64,000 nt of DNA from Azolla caroliniana. Lineage: Eukaryota; Plantae; Polypodiophyta. Positions within the stretch are counted from its first letter, which is position 1. Each line of letters starts with the position of its first letter. The notes below the pieces were generated by a model. The model ran no database searches and was not told where the DNA came from. It was given only the letters and a program-made list of their open reading frames with translations. Shown here in pieces: positions 49,401 to 58,982 of this stretch. The stretch is from positions 13,826,001 through 13,890,000 of the forward strand of contig JBHGNT010000005.1 of NCBI GenBank assembly GCA_043228905.1. The letters are read 5' to 3'. The position numbers were made by a program, and so were the translations under genes.

Positions 49401-50490
49401 AGATGGAATGAATGTGCTACACACCACTTAGAGTCGGATAAGCGAGCATACTATGCATTTGAGAACACATGCAATCTTGGAGCTATTAAGTGTTGGGTCC
49501 TCAAGAAATATCTTTTCGACACTTTGGTGACACCGGTTGTTCTATATGGAGTGGATGTATGGGGCGGTAGCATCCCTAAATCTATGTGGAAAGAGTTTGA
49601 AAATGTCCAAAAAGATTTTCTTACAAAATTTCTACAAGTTAAGAAACAAACATCCTACACCCTCCTCCTTGAGACGGGATCACTTCCCATTGAGATCATG
49701 GCCATGGAAAGGGTTGTTGAATACATGCTTAAGGTTCAAAAAAGTCCCTCACATCGACTTCCTAGAATTGCATGGGAAGCAAGAAAAAAGATCCAAAAGA
49801 CGCATAAAAGCAAAATTTTGTGTTCCGGTTGGATGCAAGATATAGAAAAATGGTTTGCTAGATGGGATGCGAGACACTTGCTTCATGATGCATCATTATA
49901 TTCCTCTGTAAATGAGGCCTTTTTGCAACACCAATGTATCATGACATGGGACAAATGTGGAGGCTCACGCTTCACACATTATACTACACATGTTACACCT
50001 AACTACAAAGCCATATTCTTTGCGGAATGGGGAAATCATACACATCGATACATCTTAGAGCCCATACCGTTATCTGTCATTCGAACCTTGGCTTCCATGC
50101 GACTTAGCTCATATGCATTGCGATGTGAGACTGGGCGTTGGGGCACAAGTGATGAGAGTGGTCGGCTATGCTCACTTTTCCCTAACCAAGTTCACGAGGC
50201 TGACTATCACACTTTGATACAATGCTCTGCCTTTGATCATATTCGACCATGCTTTCCACATCTCTTCGATTGAGCGCAATCCTTGCATGAATTCCTCTCA
50301 CAACCACAATGTGACCTCTCGATTGCAACATTCATTGGTAAAGTTCTTGAACATCAAGAGTCACTACTCATTTTCACACGTATCATGTGAAATGTAATAT
50401 TTTTGGTCTCATAGGTCATATTTGACCTCCGAAGATGATAACATAATCTATCTATCTATCTATCTATCTACCTCTCTCTCAGTCTTGACA
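43435..50490 (+). mobile_element. Degenerate chromovirus-type Ty3/gypsy element J with 3' LTR; 5' LTR not found
   Basis: Gag KEPKISLPTKFD, protease [28 protein letters not shown], RNase H, integrase, chromodomain EFEVAAILDS..YYLVNWLGY..TWE (~48630-48790). PPT GAAGGGGGATAG; LTR TGTCA(48857)..TGACA(50490), split by a LINE. Confidence 0.88.
49299..50470 (+). mobile_element. 5'-truncated non-LTR retrotransposon (RTE/RTEX-like LINE) with a (TCTA)n tail
   Basis: ORF 49329-50273: LECVESLKYLG (RT thumb), LFDTLVTPVVLYGVDVWG, RLSSYALRCETGRW..RLC..E..YHTLIQC (C-terminal zinc-finger-like). Tail at 50446-50470. Inserted in the (CT)n tract of the J LTR. Confidence 0.8.
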
Positions 50491-50499
50491 TTACGTATC

Positions 50500-51158
50500 T
50501 ATCCATGTGCCCAAAAGGGAAAACCACAAGAGTTCACTAACCATAATAGGAATGTACAAATAAGAGTCTCAAGGCAATGACCTTGAGTTTTTCTTCATCT
50601 GACAATGGTTACAGAGGAGTCACTCTCACTCTCTCTCTCTTACTACCTTGCAATATACTCAGCAACAGTTTCTGCATCAATTACACAAATTATTGCCGTA
50701 GGTGTATTTATACTAACACAAAAAATGGCATATTTATAAATTTGGCCTATCCTTGGTGCACCAAAACATATTTACATATGTAGCCTCTTCCGAATACATC
50801 TTTAGATACGGTTGGATGCCATTCGGCCGATCCGGCAATTGTTCGTTGGACTTCATTTCGGTTCTCTTTCCTTCAGACCCTTCCAATCCAGCTCGCACTC
50901 TTCCCCATCCAAAGTTGGTTCTCCCCATCTCTTCACTTTGGTATGGGGTACTTCGTCAGTCCAACCCTTTGCCATCATGCGTTTAGCTTCTCTGCCGACA
51001 ACACCTTCGTTGGCATATCTGATCAATTTTCCTCTGTTTGGATCTTAACGAGAGCAAAATCCTTTTCTTCTACCCTCTTCCTAAGCCAATTATATCTCTG
51101 TTGGATATGCCTAGTCCTAGAGTGACAGCAACATTCTTCTCAAGGTGGATGACACTTG
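50500..51158 (-). mobile_element. Copia 3'-end remnant (RNase H C-terminus plus partial LTR), E/H/I-like
   Basis: Minus strand reads HSRTRHIQQRYNWLRKRVEEKDFALVKIQTEEN, then LTR-like sequence. Confidence 0.75.
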
Positions 51159-51159
51159 G

Positions 51160-53212
51160 TTATGTGAAGATTAGCGTGCGGAAGCTAAAACAGACACTAC
51201 CAGCTCACCTGGGATAGCAACAAAAAACACATAGAATTGATGGAGAACACACAGAGGGCAAAACACAGAAAAATCGATTTCAAAAAATCACTCTGTACAT
51301 ACAATGTGCTCAGAGAGAACTTTTATACAAGTCCTTAAAACATTGACCGAAGTACTGACAAGTACTGAGATACTTACACTCACTCCTAGGAATATAACTT
51401 CCTAGTAATCTAGGATCGTCGGCCTCTAACGGCCTACCGAACTCACAGGGATCTGGCACATTGATCCGGCTTCCCGATCAAGCTCTTGTCTTATTCAGAC
51501 GATCTGGCCCACGTTGAGCTTGCTTGCTTAACAGTCGCCCTCAAGCTCAACTTGAGGTCGGTATGTCGTGTTATCCACAGTCCCTGTCTCCAGCTCCTCC
51601 TGGCGTCTTCACGCCCTGCTTCCGCTCTTCGACCCTTCTGGTTCGGCATACCTCGACCTCCTCGGTCGGCTTGTCTGCTCAAGAAGCCCTTCTCAACTCC
51701 CTTGTTGTAGCAGTAGTGGCGTCCCTCAACCCGTTGAATCTTTCATGTTGGTGTCGGCTTTTGTTGCCTCCACTTTCGCATAGCCATTATGTAATTCGAC
51801 TCATCCAAATCGAATTGCTCGACCGAATCGGTTGTCTCCGATTCGTTCCCTCGTTTGTCCAAATTGGTTGTCTCCAATTCGGCCTCCTTCTTTAGACCCT
51901 TGACCACATCCGACGATGTTGTGGTCCTAGCCTTTTTCTTCCGATCGGCTCTGTCCTTCTTCCCTCTACCGCCCTTGCCGCTTCCTTCGGCCTTTCCAGA
52001 TTTGTTGACTTCTTCAGTCGATTCTGCATCCGCTTCGGCTCTCTTTTTCTCGGCTAACTCATTTCTGCTCTTCCTACCTACTCTCCCCCTCAAGTGTGGC
52101 ACATGAAGATGCTGCAAACCAAGCATCTCCGAAAAGTGATGCAACTTCTCCGATCCGAGTGCCTTGGTGAAGATGTCAGCAACTTGTCGATTGGTTTGAA
52201 CATAATGGAGTTCGACTTCACCACACGGGACCTACTCGCGCACTCAGTCATAATGCACTTCTATATGCTTTCGTGCAAGTATGGAAAACAGGGTTCTTGG
52301 CCGATTGCATGCTACTGATGTTGTTGTAGTAGATCGAGATCGGAGTAGAAACTTCGACCTTGAAGTCCTACAACAGTCGACCGAGCCGTATAGGCTCACA
52401 TGTCGCGATGGTGGCTCCTCTATACTCAGTGTCAGTGCTCAACAAGGCCAGTGTCGACTGCTTCTTGTTGCTCCACGCTACAATCACGCTTTCGAGAGAA
52501 AACATGAAGCCTGATGTTCACCGATAATCCGCGGCGTCTCTGGCCCATTCTGCATCAGTATAGCCGAGCCGACCTATCATGAAGATATACATTTTGGCCT
52601 TACAAAAAATCGCTTTGTACATACAATGTGCTCAGAGAGCACTTTCATACAAGTTCTTAAAAGACTGACCCAAGTACTGACAAGTACTTCAATGCTCATA
52701 ACTGAGATACTCACACTAACTCCTAGGAATATAACTTCCTAATAACCTAGGATTGTAGGCCTCTAACAGCCTACCAGCTTCATAGGGATCTGGCACATTG
52801 ATCTGGCTTCCCGATCAGGCTCTTGGCTTATTCAGTCGATCTGGCCCACGTTGAGCTTGCTTGCTTAACACTTGCCCTCAAGCTCAACTTGAGGTCGGTA
52901 TGTCCTGTTAACATTCGTCAGTCCCTATCTTTAGCTCCTCCTGGCGTCTTCACGCCTTGCTTGCGCTCCTCGACCCGTCTGGTCCGGCGTACCTCGACCT
53001 CATTGGTCGACTTGTCTGCTCAACAAGCCCTTCTCAGCACCCTTGCGGTAGTGGTAGTGGCGTCCCTCAACCCATCGAATCGTTCATGTTGGTGTCGGCT
53101 TTGACTGCCTCCACCTTCGCTTAGCCATTATGTGATTCAACTCATCTAAATCGAATGGCTCGACCGAATTGGTTGTCTGCGATTCTTTCCCTGGTTTGTC
53201 CAAATTGGTTCT
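51160..53212 (-). mobile_element. Two tandem truncated 3' ends of another copia family
   Basis: Diverged direct repeat of ~51281-51870 at ~52603-53212, each containing PPT TTGAGGGC and LTR start TGTTAAG (51533 and 52870). RNase H remnant (AWSNKKQSTLAL, AKNPVFH) at 52095-52565. Confidence 0.7.
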
Positions 53213-53214
53213 CC

Positions 53215-55020
53215 AATGGAAATTGTGACAACACGATGTCAAGGATCATTATCAGATGCTGAAAAACAACGACGGCGAGTGAATCATCTATGCGTCTATT
53301 GTGGTGGTCGAGGGCATATTGTTGTGAATTGTCCACATAAACCACGATGACAAGTTAAACAAGTAAGTGCTCATGACAATCCCATCTCAATTGCTACCCC
53401 GCCTTCTTGTAACCCAAGTAGGCCTAGTACTCCCTATCATAAAAATACATTTGATGTCTTGAGCTAATTAGATGATGTGTTAAACGAGTAAGTCCGGCCA
53501 AAATTGAAGCCATTTGGTTGGACAACCCTAGGCATGTGGCTCCATTTCATCCAATCAAGTTAGTCGAGTTTTCTCTGCACAAGTGGAGCTTAACACATCT
53601 AGGTGCCATCGAGTCCTAGCTTCTGCCCTCGTAGACTCTGGAGCCAACTCTTGTTTCATGGATCACGAGTTTGTTGTAATGCATAATATTCAGTTGCATA
53701 AGCTCCCAAGCCGAGTGTCTGTGAGAGTCATTGATGGACGCCCCATAGCATCAAGTGATATAGTTGAAGAGTCTGAACCAATTCGTGTAGTCCTAGGTAA
53801 TTTGGCTAGTGTCATCTCATTCAACATCATTAGTAGTCCAGAGCACTCCCTAGTTCTTGGTCTTCCATGGTTTGAGCTGCATAACCCAACTATTGATTGG
53901 AGAAAAAGAACCATTGAAGAGGTCACAATACAGTTTGAGTCTCTTAAAGCTCCAACAAAGGATATGCCATTCCAAAAGATCTCGACAATCTCTATGCATC
54001 AGTTACGTGGGGAAGGACGGAAGGAAGACATGTTGGTTTTCGTAGATTTAGCAACTCCCACATCGAACTCACAAGAATCGGGGGCCAACTACCGAAGAAA
54101 TACATATAATTCTCCAATGTGTTTGATAAGGTGAAGGACAATAGACTACTAGAGAATCAACCATATAATTGCCTGATTGATTTGCAGCCCGGAGAAAAGC
54201 CTCCATGGGGGCCAATTTATAACCTTTCGTCCACGAAGTTAGAGGTTCTTCAGGAATATATTGATGAGAACTTGGTGAATGGGTTTATCCAGCATTCAAG
54301 ATCTCCTCCCGGTGCACCCATATTTTTCGTTAAGAAGAAAGATGGTTCGCTTCGTCTGGTCGTGGATTATCGAGGATTGAATAAAGTAACTATTCGAAAC
54401 CGATATGCTCTACCATTGATTTCGAGCCTTCTGGAATGCCTTAGTGGAGCTAAGTATTTCACAAAGTTAGATCTTAGAGGTGCTTACAATCTTGTTTGAA
54501 TTTTTCTTGGGGATGAATGGAAGACTGCTTTCCGTACTCGCTATGGCCATTTTGAGTATACAGTGATGCCATTTGGTATCACGAATGCACCAACGGTTTT
54601 CCAACATATGGCGAATGACATTTTTCGAGATTTCCTCGATATTTTCGTCATAATTTACCTAGATGATATCTTGATCTACTAAAAAACTCAAGACTATCAT
54701 GATATACACGTCCGACAAGCTTTGCAACAGTTGTGTGAATATAGTCTCTATGCAAAATTGGAGAAGTGCAATTTCGACCAGCGTCAAGTGGATTTTTTGG
54801 GGTACATAGTCTCTTCACATGGCATCTCTATGGATCTAGCAAAGGTTCAAATAGTTTTGGATTGGCAAGCACCACAATTTGTGAGAGATGTATAATGTTC
54901 TTTAGGGTTCGCAAAATATTATCGTAAGTTCATCAAAGATTATTCAAAGATCATATTGCCCCTCACTGAACTGACACAAAGAATCGGCCATTTGTATGGA
55001 GTATAAATGCAAACTCTTTA
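53215..55020 (+). pseudogene. Chromovirus-type gypsy element K (J-like): end of gag, protease and RT, interrupted by the DNA transposon
   Basis: [50 protein letters not shown]; breaks at PFVWSINANSL. Confidence 0.9.
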
Positions 55021-55056
55021 AACACGTTCGCGTTCACAAGTGGAAGGATCGCGCAT
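55021..55056 (+). repeat. Left terminal inverted repeat
   Basis: AACACGTTCGCGTTCACAAGTGGAAGGATCGCGCAT. Confidence 0.95.
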
Positions 55057-55378
55057 AAATGGAAGGAGAAGGGAAATTTTAGGGGTTTTTCAATGATTTT
55101 ACAAAACACATTGATACCAGTATCATACAAGTTCAAACATACTATGAAAAAGGTTTAAAATCCACTATTTTCGTGATTTAGAAGTAACTAAAAAAAGACG
55201 AATTTCAAAAACATACATTCTCAATTTATATCACAAACTTTACAACCAATGTTATTTTATAAGAAACGATTTTTGGGAAATCATAAGAATTCAAAACACA
55301 TGATTTTATATTACTCGATTTGTTACAAGCGGAATGTAGTTACACTTAATAGCCAAATATACATTCATGATCACTCCT

Positions 55379-58159
55379 TTACGGAGAATCACTACTATAA
55401 CTAATATACAATGACGATTCCTCCTCATCATCCTCGGATGTACCAATCAGTGCATTATCTTCGTCATAAACCAAATGGTTTGACTCTAGATTATATGTAG
55501 CAGATCTCGTTTGCCTTTGACTCGAGCCACCTTGTAGGCCTGGTAATTTTTCTTTTATTATATCTATTGTTGACTTCCTTAATCGTCCGGCTTTTGTAAG
55601 TGTGAAGTCGTACACGATGATATCCACATCAGAGATATCAAGGGTCGAGGTGTTACGAATGTTTCGCTTCCTCTTCCTACCTCCCCTTCTTGTTTGGCAT
55701 TCAATCATCTCCAATGTATACTTACCTGTAAAAGCATTTGCACTTCTAGTGTTGTACCAATGAACATTTATAGACTTGATCGTGTTTTCTATTTCATGCA
55801 TTAGCACTTCTAGAATTTTACCAACCCAAAATTGGTGGCCATGTGAGTTCTCATCAGCCGGCGTTGCAATCAACATCCCCGCAGTGAGCTCTTGCAAATT
55901 TCCTTGCCATCTAGCTTCGGCTGCTTTGGTCATCCTTGGTCCCACATAAATGTCTCTTTGTTGTGGATGGACCAAGCTGTCATTAATCGCATTTACTAGT
56001 CGCTCTGGACTTCTATTTACGCGATCATGTTGCAGCGACCATGTGAATGGCGTTTCCAAATTCCAATTATCAACAGATACACAATTGTCTATAATTTCTT
56101 TCTGATCAGTATAAAATACATCCCACCATGACGTGTCTTGTTGTGCGGCATATTTCTTGGCGGCCTCAATATGTTTTCTTTTTTCTTCTAAGGCTTGGAG
56201 CCATGACCGTTTTTGTTCTAATACCAAGTCGCTCTGCAACTGTCCTTTCTTCTCAATTGGCATTTGCTTAGCTCCATGGACAATTGTACTCGGCATACAA
56301 AGTAATAACTGGCAACCACCTTCAGGTTCCCATGTTGTAGAAGATGAATATTGTTTAGCATACAAAAGTGTAGAACCACTTATTCCATTTTTCTTTATCA
56401 AAAAAATGTGATTGAAACTTATATTGTTTAACTGAGCAAGCACTTTAACATTCCCACCACCCCCATCTAATATATATCTCTTAAAGTCATATACCTCCTT
56501 CAAGTGTAACACTTTTGGGCGTGGTGTATATGCATCACAAATGACATCAAATAGTTTAGGTAAAGTGAAAGCATCATGCCGAGACAACTGTCTGGAGAAT
56601 GTGCTAAACATCTGATCTATATGGTCATGTGTGTGGCCAACCAAAAGGAAATTGACTTTCACTTTCCTAAACAATTCTAGGTTGACCAACATACTTAGAT
56701 AGCCAAATACAGTTGAATTTTTGTTCTCTCTAGCAGTATTGTCCAATTGAATGTATAGAACAGGGGGGAAAGGTTGTCCCCAAGACATCAAAACTCGGTG
56801 AATCACTGTAACTATTAGGTTAGGGTCATTGTGAACATTGGGGTAAGTAATGAAGACGTGAGGTCGAACAGACCTATTATAAGCCAAGCATCCCACCAAG
56901 TGCATTTGAACAAGGCACTCATCATTGACATCTTTGGGGAGCCTCCGCATATGCGGCAAGCATGTCTTCTTCTGGTCCATGCCATCTATCATTAAGCACA
57001 TGTATTGTTCAGGCCTCTTCAAACACTTCTCTCTATGATGCATCGCCTTCCTTCGTTCTAAGGATTGTGCCTCACGATGCTCTTGTAGTAACTTCTTACT
57101 CGTATCCTTTTCCATTGATGTCTTTGCACCTTTAGCCAAACTTTTAAGATTTGCACAAATGGAGCAATAACCCATACGTACTTTACGAGGAATAATAACA
57201 TTTGAAAACCGAGCTCTCCATAATCTTGTGAATTGGCTATAGGTGATAGACTTATTACGTGAGCCCAGCATTTCAGATCGATAGACATCATAAACTTCCC
57301 GACGGGTATAATTATCAGAAAGATGCATCCTACCTGTAGTGGGCATTACTTCACAATTTAACTTAAAGTAAGTTTTCATCCAGCCAATAGCTAGTCTTCC
57401 AATTGCACCTTTCATACTTGGAACCTCTTTACAATTGAGCATCTGATCCCCGCTAAGTAGACGTTGTTGTACTCTATGTAGCCGCATGTTACTAACACAT
57501 AACACAATTTTGAATGCAACTCTACATATCTGTTGCGCATGGAAGATATAATACTCGAATGATACTTTGATCCCCGTACATTTGTCAGATACTAGTTGCA
57601 TATGTGATCCGAGGTAAGTGTCTTGCTCATCACCGGTCATCGAAAAATAGTATCGCCTTAATTCTCGCAACTTTGATTTTCCAATCATAGACATACAACC
57701 ACGGGCACAACATATTTTGTTGACATCAAATCCAATCTGTTTATCTGATGTCACCAAGCTAAATCTAGCCAGACGAATTCTTCGTGGGATTCTTCTAATA
57801 TGCATAGGGCTCCCAGATTTCTCTTCCTGCATAGAGGTTGGTGTAACCTTGTTACAGTCTAATTCTCTGTTCTGACCATCGCCAATGTTATTCAATGTTT
57901 CCTGGGCACTTCCTTCATTCTCGGTATCTTTATTAATATCGTATTCTTCAATAGAGAACTCTTCACATGTGTCATTATTTACATTCCCTGTAGATGAGCT
58001 CAGACAATATTCTTCGATAGAATATGGTGAGTCGGTCGAAAGACAATATTCTTCAATCGAATATGGTGACTCTGTTGACAAACAATACTCTTCAGTAGAA
58101 AACGATGGGTCTGATGACAAACAATATTCTTCAATCGAGAACGGTGAATCTTCACTCAT
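55379..58159 (-). CDS. 926-aa DDD-type transposase (Sola-like) with Cys-rich N-terminal region and BAH/Tudor-like C-terminus
   Basis: Single intact ORF inside the TIRs. Candidate catalytic motifs LMIDGMDQ, YIQLDNTARENKN and FLLVGHTHDHIDQMFS; Cys motifs CCARGC, ICRVAF and CSIC. Confidence 0.85.
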   Translation of the reverse strand: MSEDSPFSIEEYCLSSDPSFSTEEYCLSTESPYSIEEYCLSTDSPYSIEEYCLSSSTGNVNNDTCEEFSIEEYDINKDTENEGSAQETLNNIGDGQNRELDCNKVTPTSMQEEKSGSPMHIRRIPRRIRLARFSLVTSDKQIGFDVNKICCARGCMSMIGKSKLRELRRYYFSMTGDEQDTYLGSHMQLVSDKCTGIKVSFEYYIFHAQQICRVAFKIVLCVSNMRLHRVQQRLLSGDQMLNCKEVPSMKGAIGRLAIGWMKTYFKLNCEVMPTTGRMHLSDNYTRREVYDVYRSEMLGSRNKSITYSQFTRLWRARFSNVIIPRKVRMGYCSICANLKSLAKGAKTSMEKDTSKKLLQEHREAQSLERRKAMHHREKCLKRPEQYMCLMIDGMDQKKTCLPHMRRLPKDVNDECLVQMHLVGCLAYNRSVRPHVFITYPNVHNDPNLIVTVIHRVLMSWGQPFPPVLYIQLDNTARENKNSTVFGYLSMLVNLELFRKVKVNFLLVGHTHDHIDQMFSTFSRQLSRHDAFTLPKLFDVICDAYTPRPKVLHLKEVYDFKRYILDGGGGNVKVLAQLNNISFNHIFLIKKNGISGSTLLYAKQYSSSTTWEPEGGCQLLLCMPSTIVHGAKQMPIEKKGQLQSDLVLEQKRSWLQALEEKRKHIEAAKKYAAQQDTSWWDVFYTDQKEIIDNCVSVDNWNLETPFTWSLQHDRVNRSPERLVNAINDSLVHPQQRDIYVGPRMTKAAEARWQGNLQELTAGMLIATPADENSHGHQFWVGKILEVLMHEIENTIKSINVHWYNTRSANAFTGKYTLEMIECQTRRGGRKRKRNIRNTSTLDISDVDIIVYDFTLTKAGRLRKSTIDIIKEKLPGLQGGSSQRQTRSATYNLESNHLVYDEDNALIGTSEDDEEESSLYISYSSDSP

Positions 58160-58832
58160 GGCTTAAGGTCTAGATAGGGCTCTCTAAGTTATACTCCTCT
58201 CTAACCATATACTCCTCCCTAAACATAAACTTCTCTCTAAACAAAAGCCAAATCAATAGAATGTCTATATTATGTAATATTCTATTAAAATACAATACAT
58301 CTAAAAATTATTTTTAATAAAGTAATTTAACTTAAATTATCAATCATTATATAAACTAGATCTAAATGATGTTAAATCAAGTAAAATATAAAACTAATCA
58401 TTAACAAGCCTTGAATATGTTGGATTAATGTTAAAATCATGGGCTAATTAATGACACCCATTTTGATATAGAATGTCTCACTCATTGATTCTTTAATGCT
58501 CACCATTTTAAATATTAGACTTATCAATCATTGGTTAATTCATGCCCACATCTTTAATACATAACTATTGAGAGTCATAAAAATTTTTGCTTTTAGTAAT
58601 CAATCATTGGTACATTCATGAACCTCTATCATTGTCTCCTTCATAACCTTTGAAGTGATTGTAGGTTGTTATGAGTATAAAAGATTGATCAATATGTTAG
58701 TTTGACTTTGTAATCATTAATACAATCATAAGTTACTATAGTTAATGTGACTATGGTTACAAACTAACTATCCTCAAAGTTACCAACATTGGTTAAGGTG
58801 ACTATGGTTACTTTAACCATGGGTTCAATCCC

Positions 58833-58840
58833 TATAAATA
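58833..58840 (+). promoter_or_regulatory. TATA box of the methyltransferase gene
   Basis: CC-TATAAATA-GG about 150 nt upstream of ATG 58983, at the end of an AT-rich divergent intergenic region. Confidence 0.65.
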
Positions 58841-58866
58841 GGAAGACCTCATCATATTTCACTCAC

Positions 58867-58929
58867 CAGAGCGTACAGAGCGTACAGAGCACTCAGAGCA
58901 CTCAGAGCACACAGAGCACACAGAGCACT
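58867..58929 (+). repeat. Seven copies of a 9-bp repeat CAGAGC(GTA/ACT/ACA) in the presumed 5' UTR
   Basis: Visible directly. Confidence 0.9.
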
Positions 58930-58982
58930 CAAGGCACAAAGCACGAAAGCGCGATCTCCGCCTCCACACAACACGATCAACC

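Noticed and set aside
55017-55026. piggyBac/Kolobok-type TTAA target site
   Set aside because: TTAA occurs only at the left junction. The duplication seen on both sides, and the one that restores the host frame, is TTTA.
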